In this document: positions 1-9,811 of the stretch, piece by piece
Numbering within the stretch: the first letter of the stretch is position 1
How the letters are laid out: the number at the start of each line of letters is the position of its first letter
NCBI GenBank assembly: GCA_963796685.1
Contig: CAWCMR010000006.1
Span: 64,001 to 128,000, forward strand
DNA from: an uncultured delta proteobacterium
GTDB taxonomy: Bacteria > Myxococcota_A > Polyangia > Fen-1088
Direction: 5' to 3'
DNA: 64,000 bases
The notes under the pieces: generated by a model
The model's database searches: none
The model's input: only the letters and a program-made list of their open reading frames with translations
Told to the model about the DNA's origin: nothing
Program-made: the position numbers and the translations under genes

Positions 1-1658
1 GATCGCCCAGGATTTCCTGGTAGGCCCCCGCCAGGAAGACGCCCAGATAGTACTCGTCGCCCGCGATCAGCGGGTGCAGCTCGAGCACGTTCTTGATGTC
101 GCGCCGATCGATGAAGTGGTCGATCTTGCCGTCCGAGTCGCAGGTGATATCGGCCAGCACGGCTCGCCGTGTGGGCTCTTCCCCGAGACGGTGAATGGGC
201 ATGATGGGAAACAGTTGGTCGATGGCCCAGATGTCGGGCAGCGACTGGAACATGGAGAAATTGCAGAAGTAGGTGTCCGACAAATTGCGCTCCAGGCCTT
301 CGAACTCCTCGGGGACATCGCGCATGTCGCGCACCAGCTTGAGGATCTTCTGGCAGATGGCCCAGAAGACATCCTCGGCCACCACCCGCTCGGGCAACGA
401 GAGGCTGCCGAGCGAGAACAGGGACAGCGCCTCTTCGCGGTATTCGAGGGCGTCGTGGTAGGCCTCGCGGACGTTCTTGGTCGAGATGTCGCGCCAGGTG
501 TCGAACAGGTTGCGCACCACGCGCGAAGCATTGTCGGGCAACGTCTCGGGCGCCTTGCCGACGTCGAATTCGCCCACGCCCAGGGCGTCCACGATGAGCA
601 TCGAGTGGTGGGCGACCACGGCGCGGCCGGATTCAGTGACGATGGTGGGTTGGGGGACCCCGGCCGCGTCGCAAATCTCTTGCAGGCCGAACACCAGGTC
701 GTTGGCGTACTCCTGCAAGGTGTAGTTCATGGACGACGCGAAGTTGGTCTGCGATCCGTCGTAGTCCACGCCCAGGCCGCCACCGGCGTCGAAGTACTTG
801 AGGGGTGCGCCCAGCTTCACAATCTCGACGAAGAAGCGGCCCGCCTCGCGCATGGCGTTCTTGACGGCGCGGATGGCCGAGATTCTGGCTGCCCAGGTGG
901 AAGTGGATGAGCTCGAAGCACGACAGCATGTCGATTTCGCCGAGGTAGCGCACCGCCTCGACCACCTCGCGGGTGGACAGCCCGAACTTGGAGCGGTCGC
1001 CGCCCGACCCTTCCCAGCGGCCAGAGCCCTTGGCCGCCAGCTTGATGCGCATGCCGATGCGCGGGCGCACGCCGATCTTCCTGGCGGTGTTGGCGATGAG
1101 CTCGAGCTCGGAGAACTTCTCGACCACGATCAACACCTTGCGTCCCAGCTTCGAGCACATGAGCGCGGTTTCGATGTACTCCTCGTCCTTGTAGCCGTTG
1201 CACACGATGAGGGCGTCCTCGTCGTCGAGGATGCCCATCACGGCCAGGAGCTCGGGCTTGGAGCCGGCCTCGAGGCCGTAGTGGTAGGGTCGGCCGAATT
1301 GCGTGATCTCCTCGACCACGTAGCGGTTCTGGTTGACCTTGATGGGGTAGACGCCACGGTAGTCGCCTTTGTAGCCGTACTCGGTCATGGCGCGCCTGAA
1401 GGCCTCGTGCAGATCCACGACCCGGCTCTTCAGGATGTCGGAGAAGCGGATGAGCAGCGGCAGCCCTATCCCGCGACGCACCACCTCGTCGACCAGCTCC
1501 TTGAGATCGATGCTGCCTGCCTCTGGTCCCTGCGGGTGGCTGACTACGTGGCCGGCGTCGTTGATGGAGAAGTACCCGTTCGACCAGTACTTGATGCCGT
1601 AGGTTTCGGCGGAATCGGCGATGTTCCACTTCCGCGGCAAACCGTTCGTCGTGCTCAT
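1..1658 (-). CDS. speA: Biosynthetic arginine decarboxylase (3' partial; +1 frameshift near 881-885)
   Basis: MSTTNGLPRKWNIADSAETYG...YPIKVNQ...GLEAGSKPEL...HFHLGSQ; after removing one base it continues ISAIRAVKNAMREAGRFFVE...DAGGGLGVDYDG; runs off the window start. Confidence 0.93.
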
Positions 1659-1705
1659 GGGCGTACGTTGAAGAAAAACGTCGGCGGATTCCACAAAAAA
1701 CAGTA

Positions 1706-1782
1706 GGAGGAGAGGACACAGAGGGTTGGGAGGGCACAGAGAAGGCACGGTGAGGGCACGGACGGGGCGCGGACGGGGCGCA
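1706..1782. repeat. Purine-rich CACAGAG/CACGG repeat tract in the speA-aroC intergenic region
   Basis: gaggacacagag...gggcacagagaaggcacggtgagggcacggacggggcgcggacggggcgc; GAGGACACAGAG recurs at about 56347. Confidence 0.5.
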
Positions 1783-1822
1783 GGGATCTTCGCGGGCTCC
1801 TGTGGTAGCCTGCGTGCTTATC

Positions 1823-2908
1823 GTGGCCAGTACCTTCGGCGAGCTTTTTCGGATAGCGACTTGGGGCGAGTCCCATGGCCCGGGCATTGGCGTGGTGATC
1901 GACGGTTGCCCCCCGCGTCTGGCCATCAGCCGAGAGGAGATCCAGGTCGAGCTGGACCGGCGCCGGCCCGGTCAAAGCCGCATCACCAGCCATCGCGACG
2001 AATCGGACCAGGTCGAGATCCTCTCCGGCGTCGAGGACGGCCTGACCACGGGCACCCCCATCGCGCTCTTGGTTCGCAACCGCGATGCGCGCAGCGGCGA
2101 CTACGACGAGATGCGTACCAAGTATCGGCCGTCCCACGCCGACTACACCTACCAAGCCAAGTACGGCATCCGCGCCGTGGCGGGTGGGGGGCGCGCCAGC
2201 GCGCGCGAGACCATCGGACGGGTCGCCGCCGGCGCCATCGCGCGCAAGTTTCTGTCCGAGATCGCGGCCGTCGAGATCGTCGCCTATGTGAAACGTGTTT
2301 GTGACATCGAGGCCGACGTCGATCCTGCGAGCGTCACTCGGGATGGTGTGGAAGGCAATATCGTGCGTTGCCCGGACCCCAACGTCGCGCAAGCGATGAT
2401 CGACCTCATCGATGCGACCCGAAAGGCGGGCGATTCCGTGGGCGGCGTGGTCGAGGCGGTGGCGCGCCAGGTGCCCGCGGGACTCGGCGAGCCGGTCTTC
2501 GACCGGCTCGAAGCGGATCTGGGCAAGGCGCTGCTGTCGCTGCCCGCGTGCAAGGGCTTCGAAAGCGGCAGCGGCTTCGCGGGCACGCGCCTGCGCGGCT
2601 CGCAGCACAACGACGCCTTCTTCGCCGAGCAGGGCAGGGTGCGCACGCGCACCAACCGCTCGGGTGGTATCCAGGGCGGCATCTCGAACGGCGAGGACAT
2701 CGTCGTGCGCGCCGCCTTCAAGCCCACCGCCACCATCTTGATGCCGCAGGAAACCGTGGACATCGGTGGCATGAACACGACCCTGCAAGCGCGCGGTCGC
2801 CACGACCCTTGTGTGTTGCCGCGCGCGGTGCCCATGGTCGAGGCCATGATCGCCCTGGTCCTGACCGATCACTACCTTCGTCAGCGCGGGCAATGTGCCC
2901 GGCCTTAG
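1823..2908 (+). CDS. aroC: Chorismate synthase
   Basis: [49 protein letters not shown] motifs; GTG start at 1823 inferred. Confidence 0.96.
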   Translation: MASTFGELFRIATWGESHGPGIGVVIDGCPPRLAISREEIQVELDRRRPGQSRITSHRDESDQVEILSGVEDGLTTGTPIALLVRNRDARSGDYDEMRTKYRPSHADYTYQAKYGIRAVAGGGRASARETIGRVAAGAIARKFLSEIAAVEIVAYVKRVCDIEADVDPASVTRDGVEGNIVRCPDPNVAQAMIDLIDATRKAGDSVGGVVEAVARQVPAGLGEPVFDRLEADLGKALLSLPACKGFESGSGFAGTRLRGSQHNDAFFAEQGRVRTRTNRSGGIQGGISNGEDIVVRAAFKPTATILMPQETVDIGGMNTTLQARGRHDPCVLPRAVPMVEAMIALVLTDHYLRQRGQCARP

Positions 2909-2912
2909 CGTC

Positions 2913-3401
2913 ATGAGGAAGCCCAAGCAGGAATCGCGCAAGGCCACGCGCTCGCCCAAGCGTAAGCCGGTCGCGCCCAAGCCGGGGCCCGTGACCGCCA
3001 AGTCCGCAGGGGTTGTCACGGTCCAGGCGAAGCTGGTCGAGGGTCCGATTGCCTATCTCGAAGTCGCCATTCGCGAGCCGGTGACCGAAAGCTCGATGGA
3101 GCGCCTGTTCGAGCGGGCGCGGGAGGAGATCTTGCGCAGCCAGGCCAAGCGGGTTCTCGTGGACCTGCGCGAAGGCTCCGTGGATCTCACGATCTCCGAC
3201 CTGCACGGGCTGGCGAAGATGGTGGCGAAGTCCTTCGCCGGGGTCTTGGAGCGATTCGCGCTGGTGCTTCGCCCGCAGGATGTGCTCGCCGAGAAGTTCT
3301 TCGAGCCTTCGGTCAGCAATCGTGGTTTGCCCACCTTCGTGACCACCGATCCGGACGAAGCGGCCTACTGGATCGCCGCCAAGCTCAGACCGGTCCGGTA
3401 G
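2913..3401 (+). CDS. Hypothetical protein, SpoIIAA/STAS-SEC14-like C-terminal domain
   Basis: Basic N-terminus, then RVLVDLRE...RFALV...TDPDEAAYW pattern; starts 4 bp after aroC. Confidence 0.6.
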   Translation: MRKPKQESRKATRSPKRKPVAPKPGPVTAKSAGVVTVQAKLVEGPIAYLEVAIREPVTESSMERLFERAREEILRSQAKRVLVDLREGSVDLTISDLHGLAKMVAKSFAGVLERFALVLRPQDVLAEKFFEPSVSNRGLPTFVTTDPDEAAYWIAAKLRPVR

Positions 3402-3450
3402 GATTGGTAGCAAGCGAGCTGGGCCCAGTCATCTCGGGGCGCTAAACCCT

Positions 3451-3671
3451 AATCCCGCGATAGGCGCGGGAGGTCGTGGCCGTGGTCGTGGTCGTGGCCG
3501 TGGCCGTGGCCGGAGTGATCTTCGTCGGCCACGACGGCGAGGACGCCTACGGCCACGGGGACGACTACGACTACGACCACCACTCGCCGTTCCGATTGGG
3601 TGCGAGTATCCATCGTGGAATGGTGTCTCTTTCTGCCGCCTTCCGCGAGGCACTGCGCTTGTCGCGGGATT
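3451..3671. mobile_element. MITE-like element with 17-bp terminal inverted repeats and GTGGYC/GRCCAC hexamer arrays (copy 1)
   Basis: AATCCCGCGATAGGCGC (3451-3467) vs reverse complement of 3655-3671 AATCCCGCGACAAGCGC (15/17); homologous to 58449-58585. Confidence 0.65.
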
Positions 3672-3675
3672 GAGG

Positions 3676-5209
3676 CTACACCGGCAGCACCGGCCTTCGT
3701 CGCGGATAGCCGCGGTCGATCTTCGTCGTCATGGTGGCAAAGCGGCGAATCGAGCTCGGTGCGCAACTCGTCGCCCGGAACCAAGGCGTCGACGTGCAAG
3801 TCCGAGGCGAGCTTCATGATGTCGACGTCCTCGCGGTAGGCTCGGCGCAGCTCTTCGACGTAGGCGGCACGCTCGGCCTCGGGCTTGGCCGCGATCTTGT
3901 TGGCGTACACGGCGTTGACCGCGGCCTCGGCGCCCATCACGGCGATGCTGGCCTGGGGCAGGGCCAGCGTCGCGTCGGTGTCGAAGGCTGGGCCGCACAT
4001 GGCGTACAGGCCCGCGCCGTAGGCCTTGCGCAAGATGACGCTGATCTTCGGCACCGCGGCGTCGGCGATGGCGGAGACCATCTTGGCACCGTGGCGGATG
4101 ATGCCCGCGCGCTCGACCGCGCTGCCGATCATGAAGCCCGGAACGTCGGAAAGAAACAGCAGTGGAATGCTGAACGCGTCGCACAGCCACACGAAGCGCG
4201 CGGCCTTGTCCGCCGAATCGACGAAGAGCACGCCGCCCTTCCACTTGGGCTGATTGGCCACGATGCCCACGGCGCGACCGCCGAGGCGGGCGAACCCCGT
4301 GATGAGCTCGCGCGCGTAGCGTTTCTTGATCTCGAAGAAGGTGCCCGCGTCGACCAGCGTTTCGACCAGCGCAAGCATGTCGAAGGGTTGGTTCTGGTTT
4401 TCCGGCAGAAGGTCGTCGATGCGCTTGTCGCTGGTAGGCTTCTGGGCGGCGATGTCGGAAGTCCGCGTCTCGGCGTTCTGGGGCATGAACGCCAGGTAAG
4501 CGCGCGCCGCCGCCAGGCAGGACAGCTCGTCCTTGGCCAGAAGGTCCGCGCAACCCGAGACCTCGCAGTGCATGCGGGCGCCGCCCATCTCCTCCAGCGT
4601 GGTCTTCTCACCGATGACCATCTCTGCCATGCGCGGCGAGCCGAGGTACATCGAGGCGTTGCCTTCGACCATGAAGACCACGTCGCAGAAGGCGGGGATG
4701 TAGGCGCCGCCCGCGGCGGACGGGCCGAGGAGCAGGCAGATTTGCGGGATCGAGCCGGACAGGCGCACCTGGTTGCGAAAGATGCGGCCCGCGTGGCGCC
4801 GCCCGGGAAACATGTCGAGCTGATCGGTGATGCGCGCGCCCGCCGAGTCCACCAGGTACACGAGCGGGATGCGCAAGCGCCCGGCGGTTTCTTGGATGCG
4901 CAGGATCTTCTCGACGGTGCGTTCGCCCCACGAGCCGGCCTTGACGGTTTGATCGTTGGCCATGATGGCCACAGGGCGGCCGTGGATGGTGCCGACACCG
5001 GTGACCACGCCGTCGGCGGGCAGATCGGGCGCCATGGCGTTGGCGAAGAGGCCGTCCTCGATGAAGCCGCTCGCGCTCTCGTCGCACAGGCGCGCGATGC
5101 GCTCGCGGCAGAACAGCTTGCCCGCGGCGCGGTTGCTGTCGTGGTATTTCTGCGCTCCACCTTTCCGTATTTGCTCGGCCCTGGCGCGAATCTCGTCGCT
5201 CTTGCTCAT
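3676..5209 (-). CDS. Acyl-CoA carboxylase carboxyltransferase (beta) subunit, MCC/PCC-like; +1 frameshift near 3748-3756
   Basis: ADGVVTGVG, ANDQTVKAGSWG, DSAGARITDQ, GGAYIPA, DVPGFMIG, RKAYGAG; C-terminus RRFATMTTKIDRGYPRRRPVLPV* lies in the shifted frame. Confidence 0.9.
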
Positions 5210-5219
5210 CGCGCGCAGT

Positions 5220-6062
5220 TTACCTTTCGTTCTCGTCGGAAAGCGCCGAGGCCACGGCCTTGCGCAGGGACTCCTGAACGTGCTCGGGCACGGTTGGCGT
5301 CGGAAGGGACTTGCACAGGGCGAGGCTGCGCTTGAGCCAATCGCAGAGGCTGCTGCAATGGGGGCAACCCGCCACGTGCTCCTCCATTTCGGCACACACG
5401 TCGGGGCTGATTTCGTCCTCCAGCTTGCGCGACAGCATGGTGAGGACGTCGGGGCACGATGGCTGGGCCGGCACGGTGGGCTCGCCGCCCACCACGGCCA
5501 GCAAGTGCTCGCGCAAGGCGGCCCTGGCGCGATGGAGGCGGCTCTTCACGGCCGCCACGCTCGCCCCCGTCACCTCGGCGACCTCCGCCGCGGTCAGACC
5601 CTCGATGTCGCGCAAGACCACCACCTCGCGTGCCTCGGGCTCCAAGGCATCCAGCGCCGCCGCGACGGTTTGGCGCGCCTCGAGGCCGAGCAGGGCCTGT
5701 TCGGGAGTTGTCGCCGGTTCGCCGATGTTTTCGTGGGTGACCTTGTCGAGCGGCTCGTGAAAAGCCGGAGCCCCCTTGGTTCGCCGGCGTTTCTTGATGC
5801 AGAAGCTGCGCGCCACCGTGTAGAGCCAGGTCGACAGCGACGCCTCGCCGCGGAAGTCCTTCACCGTGCGTGCCATGGTGAGCAGGGTGTCCTGCGCGAC
5901 ATCCTTGGCGTCTTCCGAGTCCCCGCACATCTTCACGCCGAAGCCGAAGACCTTTTGCTGGTGGCGTTCGAGGAGCGTGGCGAGCGCGGCTCGGTCGCCC
6001 TTGCGCGCCGCCGCCAGTAGCCCGGATTCGGTATCGTTCGTCTCGCCCATTTCGCCGGCCAT
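5220..6062 (-). CDS. ECF sigma-70 factor fused to a C-terminal zf-HC2 (zinc anti-sigma-like) domain
   Basis: Region 2 (DAKDVAQD, FRGEASLSTWLYTVA), region 4 (VVVLRDIEGL, VKSRLHRAR), then CPDV...HVAGCPHC (HxxxCxxC). Confidence 0.88.
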   Translation of the reverse strand: MAGEMGETNDTESGLLAAARKGDRAALATLLERHQQKVFGFGVKMCGDSEDAKDVAQDTLLTMARTVKDFRGEASLSTWLYTVARSFCIKKRRRTKGAPAFHEPLDKVTHENIGEPATTPEQALLGLEARQTVAAALDALEPEAREVVVLRDIEGLTAAEVAEVTGASVAAVKSRLHRARAALREHLLAVVGGEPTVPAQPSCPDVLTMLSRKLEDEISPDVCAEMEEHVAGCPHCSSLCDWLKRSLALCKSLPTPTVPEHVQESLRKAVASALSDENER

Positions 6063-6068
6063 GCGTCT

Positions 6069-6452
6069 TCAGCGGGTGACGGGGAGCCCGGCGGCCTGCC
6101 AGGCATTGAGACCGCCCTCGATGTGCTTGGCCTCGGTGTAGCCCTTGCTTTGCAGGAGCTTGAGGGCGTTGCCGCTGCGATGCCCGCTGCGGCAGTAGAG
6201 CAAGACGGGTTTGCCCTTGTCGATCTCGGTCACACGCCGGTCGAGCTCTTGCAAGGGGATGAGCTTCGCCTTGGCCAGGTGGCCTTCGGCGTATTCGTCC
6301 GCCGTGCGCACGTCGATGAGCTGGAGATCCTTCTTGTCCTTGATCAGTGCCGCAGCCTGGGTGGGGGGAACCGCGCTGTCCGCCAGGGCGTACGAGCGCA
6401 TGGCCAGAAGCAAGGCTGGTATGGTCAGTGCAAGCAAGAAAGGTTTGCGCAT
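6069..6452 (-). CDS. Exported rhodanese-like sulfurtransferase
   Basis: Signal peptide; LIDVRTADEYAEGH, active-site YCRSGHRS, EGGLNAW. Confidence 0.9.
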   Translation of the reverse strand: MRKPFLLALTIPALLLAMRSYALADSAVPPTQAAALIKDKKDLQLIDVRTADEYAEGHLAKAKLIPLQELDRRVTEIDKGKPVLLYCRSGHRSGNALKLLQSKGYTEAKHIEGGLNAWQAAGLPVTR

Positions 6453-6490
6453 GGTGTGTTCCTCGTTGGAGCTCGGCCAAGCATACCCGC

Positions 6491-6566
6491 TGGACAGGCG
6501 GAGCTTGGTAGGATTCGTACCCCGGCGGGGCAGGCGTGTGAATCCTTTTTTCGGCCAGTGGCTCCA
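6491..6566. promoter_or_regulatory. Back-to-back ECF-type promoter candidates (GAATCC-N16/17-TCCA)
   Basis: Plus strand GAATCCT at 6540 with TCCA at 6563-6566; minus strand GAATCCT from 6516 with TCCA at 6494-6491. Confidence 0.5.
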
Positions 6567-6589
6567 AGGTCTTGAAAGGACAAGTCACC

Positions 6590-6958
6590 ATGGCAACCAC
6601 GGCACTCAATCGCGACAATTTCAACGACACCGTCAAGCAGGGCATCGTCCTGGTCGACTTCTGGGCGCCCTGGTGCGGACCCTGCCGTGCCTTCGCCCCC
6701 ATCTTCGAGAAATCGTCCGTCACCAACCCGGATGTCACCTTCGCCAAGGTCAACACCGAGGAAGAGCCGGGCCTTGGCGCCGCCTTCGGCATCCAAGCCA
6801 TCCCGACCTTGATGGTCTTCCGGGACGGCGTGCTCATCTACCAGCAGGCCGGGGCTCTGCCCGGCTCGGCGCTGCAACGCCTCATCGACGAGGTCAAGGC
6901 GCTGGATATGCAAAAGATCCTCGCCGAAGCCAAGGCCGAGGGCGTGCATGCCGCCTGA
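6590..6958 (+). CDS. trxA: Thioredoxin
   Basis: DFWAPWCGPC motif, IQAIPTLM; AAAGGA RBS upstream. Confidence 0.9.
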   Translation: MATTALNRDNFNDTVKQGIVLVDFWAPWCGPCRAFAPIFEKSSVTNPDVTFAKVNTEEEPGLGAAFGIQAIPTLMVFRDGVLIYQQAGALPGSALQRLIDEVKALDMQKILAEAKAEGVHAA

Positions 6959-7016
6959 AACCGCGCACTCGGACTCGGTGTCGACCCAGGTGCCAGTCCA
7001 GGAAAGGAAGCGAAAG

Positions 7017-7187
7017 ATGCTTTTGCACACCATTCTCTACGTGGTCGGCGGCGCCGTCGTCGGCTTCGGCTACCACAAGATCGTCGGCTGCCGCAGCGGC
7101 GCCTGCCCCATCACCGCCAATCCCTACATCTCGACGCTCTACGGGGCGCTGATGGGGTTCTTCGCCGGCGGTGGCCTCGGGCGCTAG
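7017..7187 (+). CDS. Small membrane protein, DUF6132-like
   Basis: GGAVVGFGYHKIVGCRSGACPITANPYISTLYGALMG: two TM segments around CxxGxCPIT. Confidence 0.75.
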   Translation: MLLHTILYVVGGAVVGFGYHKIVGCRSGACPITANPYISTLYGALMGFFAGGGLGR

Positions 7188-7811
7188 GGGCTGTCCCTAG
7201 TTCTCTGTGTGAGGAAGGAGAAATCCGGGAGAGCGGCGCTCGGCTTCGCGGGCTTGCGCCGGGACGCCCCCTTTGGGAACGGAAGTCAACGGCCGCGCTG
7301 CGCGCGTCCATGACTTCCTCGACCCGAGCGGAAGAAGAAGCCGCGACTGGACCGCAAACTTTATCGGCACCGCTATCTCGTCGAGATCTTCTTCCATCGA
7401 CTCAAGCGATTTCGTGCCATCGCCACTCGCTACGAGAAGACTGCGCGCAATGACTTGGCCCTCGTGCACCTCAGCTGCGCGTGGCTGTGGCTGAGCTGAA
7501 GTCGAGCTCGGCGTGCGGGTGGAGCGGGGGACGACTCCGAGGCAGGGTCTGCCCGTGTTGCCGAGCGCACCGGGCGTCTTCGCCCGGTTGCCAGCGAAGC
7601 GGAACAGGGGCCCGCGACCGGCCTGCACAATGCCGCTCTTCCCTCGGATTTGCTGCCGGTCGCGCAAGGACGCGTCTGCCGAGCGTGCCATGGACGCGCG
7701 CAGCGCGGCCGTTGGCATGCGGCCGCCGAGGAGCGCCCCCGCGTAACCCGCGAAGCCGAGCGCCGCTCTCCCCTTTGCCGCCTTTCCGGCCACGAGTATT
7801 AGGGACAGCCC
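7188..7811. mobile_element. Non-autonomous IS5-like element with about 125-bp imperfect inverted arms, flanked by CTAG
   Basis: CTAG at 7184-7187 and 7812-7815; terminal IR GGGCTGTCCCTA; two exact 26-bp inverted blocks (7227-7252/7747-7772 and 7287-7312/7689-7714). Confidence 0.8.
7314..7499 (+). pseudogene. IS5-family transposase C-terminal fragment
   Basis: DRKLYRHRYLVEIFFHRLKRFRAIATRYEKTARN...WLS*; typical YxxRxxVE and RxIATRYEK signature; no start codon. Confidence 0.85.
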
Positions 7812-7898
7812 CTAGTCGGCGAAGCTCGCCTGAGGCCGAACCATCCCCCCATAGCCAGAACAGTTACGCCTTTGGTCATGCGGTGATAGCATCGCCAC

Positions 7899-8510
7899 AT
7901 GATCACTAGAGACTCATGCCGCAAACATGAGGCCGCCTATGGGGCCGCCCTCGCTGGTGCATTCCTTGCCGCACTGTCGGGTTGTAGCGACAAGGATTCT
8001 TCGCCCGATTCCGCGGTGCCCGACACGGCCGTGGATGCGCCAGGTGCACCCGACACGGGGAACTCTCTCGACGAGGCAGCGGACGCCGCAAGGCGGCCAG
8101 ATGCCGGGGCGTGCTCGTACGACATTAGCGAAATCGGGAAGTTTAGTGCTCCCTGCCCAACAATTATCTCGGATTTTCGGGCGTCCCATCAATCCTGTGA
8201 CGCCGGGGTCTTCATCTACGATACACAGTGTGGCCAACGCGAGGTCGTGACCTTGAGTTGGGGTACGCACGGCCAAACCTGCCTCTACGACGCCGGCAGT
8301 CTGGTTGGGCTCGTCCTGAGTGACGACATCTCCTCGTTTTGCAATAATACGGCCAGGTTCATCGAAATCGGTGATACAGCAGGTTGTCCCGGGTCAGCGT
8401 CGAGTGTCGAGCTTTGCAGGTCGAAGGACGCAGGCGTCGCAGACACTGGCGTCGTGGTAGAGGCAGGACCCTCGCAGGATGTGGGCAGCGTGCAGAACGC
8501 TGGCGGCTGA
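7899..8510 (+). CDS. Hypothetical Cys-rich lipoprotein
   Basis: Lipobox LSGC, D/A/P-rich linker, Cys-containing domain. Confidence 0.6.
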   Translation: MITRDSCRKHEAAYGAALAGAFLAALSGCSDKDSSPDSAVPDTAVDAPGAPDTGNSLDEAADAARRPDAGACSYDISEIGKFSAPCPTIISDFRASHQSCDAGVFIYDTQCGQREVVTLSWGTHGQTCLYDAGSLVGLVLSDDISSFCNNTARFIEIGDTAGCPGSASSVELCRSKDAGVADTGVVVEAGPSQDVGSVQNAGG

Positions 8511-8531
8511 TGGGAAGCCTGGGAGGCGGGG

Positions 8532-9326
8532 CTACGCGGCGCTGACCTGCTGCATGGCGCGGATCTGCTTCTCGTCCAGCCGGTAGACGCAATCGAAGAG
8601 CTGCTGCTTGAAAGAGCTGGGGCCGTCGGACTTCTTCACCGCCAGCTCGGCGGCAATCTCGTAGCAGGCCAACCCCGCGGCGGCGGCCTCGGGGACTTGG
8701 CCGGGCGTAGCGCCCGCGAAGGCGCCGATGACGGAGGTGGCCATGCAACCGGTTCCCACCAGGTTGGCCATCATGGGGTGCCCGTTGCGAACCATGAACA
8801 GCTTGCCCTGGCCCGCGACGATGTCCTCGGCGCCGGTGATGACCACGGTGCAGGCGCGCTTGCCGGACAGGGACACCGCCACGTCGCGCAGATCGGTCGA
8901 GACCTGACCGGCATCGACGCCCTTGGTTTCGACGGCCTGGCCCGCGACGCGCGCGACTTCCGAGCTGTTGCCCTTGATGACGTCGATCTTGGCCGCGTCG
9001 AGGATCTCGGCGCACTTGCGGTCGCGGTAGGGCGTGGCGCCGGCTCCGCAGACATCGAGCACGATGGGGATCCCTTTCCGATTGGCGGAGGCGGCGGCGA
9101 GCTTCATGCTGTCCACGAGCTCGGTGGTGAGCGTCCCGATATTCAGAACCAGCGCCGATCCCAGCGAGGTCATGGCCTCGACCTCTTCGGGCGCGTGGGC
9201 CATCACCGGCGAGGCGCCAAAGGACTTCGTCACCTGCGCGCAGTCGAAGATGGTGACCCAGTTGGTGATGTGATGGACCAGCGGGCGCTGCTCGCGTACC
9301 GCCTGCAGGAACGAGTAGATGTTCAT
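8532..9326 (-). CDS. thiM: Hydroxyethylthiazole kinase
   Basis: PLVHHITNWVT, GASPVMAHA, LVLNIGTL, IKGNSSE, VGTGC. Confidence 0.93.
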   Translation of the reverse strand: MNIYSFLQAVREQRPLVHHITNWVTIFDCAQVTKSFGASPVMAHAPEEVEAMTSLGSALVLNIGTLTTELVDSMKLAAASANRKGIPIVLDVCGAGATPYRDRKCAEILDAAKIDVIKGNSSEVARVAGQAVETKGVDAGQVSTDLRDVAVSLSGKRACTVVITGAEDIVAGQGKLFMVRNGHPMMANLVGTGCMATSVIGAFAGATPGQVPEAAAAGLACYEIAAELAVKKSDGPSSFKQQLFDCVYRLDEKQIRAMQQVSAA

Positions 9327-9415
9327 CGCGCGTGGCTCCTTAGCGGCGAAAACATGACCAGCAAAGTGGACAAATGCGAGAGTATTCTTGCCGCGGGGAT
9401 GCGAAGAGCATCCCG

Positions 9416-9811
9416 CTACCTGCCGGCCCGCAGGCGGTCGAGGAGGGGCTCGGGGAATTCCCTTATGTCGCCCTCGCGGCTGACGCAGGCATGGGCGGTG
9501 TGGCCCAGGGCCAGGAGATCCGCGCCGCGCAGGACGCGGTAGTCGAAGCGCAGGGAGGCGCGACCGAGATCCGCGAGGCGGGTCTCGACCGCGATGACGT
9601 CGTCGTAGAACGCGGGCCGTTTGTAGCTCACCTTGGCCTCGACCACGGGCAAGTAGATGCTGTGTGCGGCTTCGATCTCGCGCCAGCGCGCGCCCTTGGC
9701 CCGCAGCCACTCGTTTCGCCCCGCCTCGAAGAAGCGCAGGTAGTTGCCGTAATACACGACGCCCATCTGATCGGTGTCGCCGTAGATGATTCGAATTTCC
9801 GTCTTGATCAT
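9416..9811 (-). CDS. YbgC/FadM-type acyl-CoA thioesterase (4HBT hotdog fold)
   Basis: RIIYGDTDQMGVVYYGNYLRFFEAGR. Confidence 0.9.
   Translation of the reverse strand: MIKTEIRIIYGDTDQMGVVYYGNYLRFFEAGRNEWLRAKGARWREIEAAHSIYLPVVEAKVSYKRPAFYDDVIAVETRLADLGRASLRFDYRVLRGADLLALGHTAHACVSREGDIREFPEPLLDRLRAGR

Noticed and set aside
3470-3585. Hexamer arrays as a CRISPR or a real His-rich metal-binding gene
   Set aside because: No repeat-spacer structure or cas genes; the peptide follows from the repeat and is not preserved in the second copy
74-5335. Long antisense ORFs (e.g. 74-910, 1655-3019, 3731-5335) and similar ones across the window
   Set aside because: Shadow frames of well-supported genes, expected in high-GC DNA
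9327-9415. TPP riboswitch upstream of thiM
   Set aside because: Short spacer with no recognisable TPP aptamer core (no CTGAGA on the coding strand)
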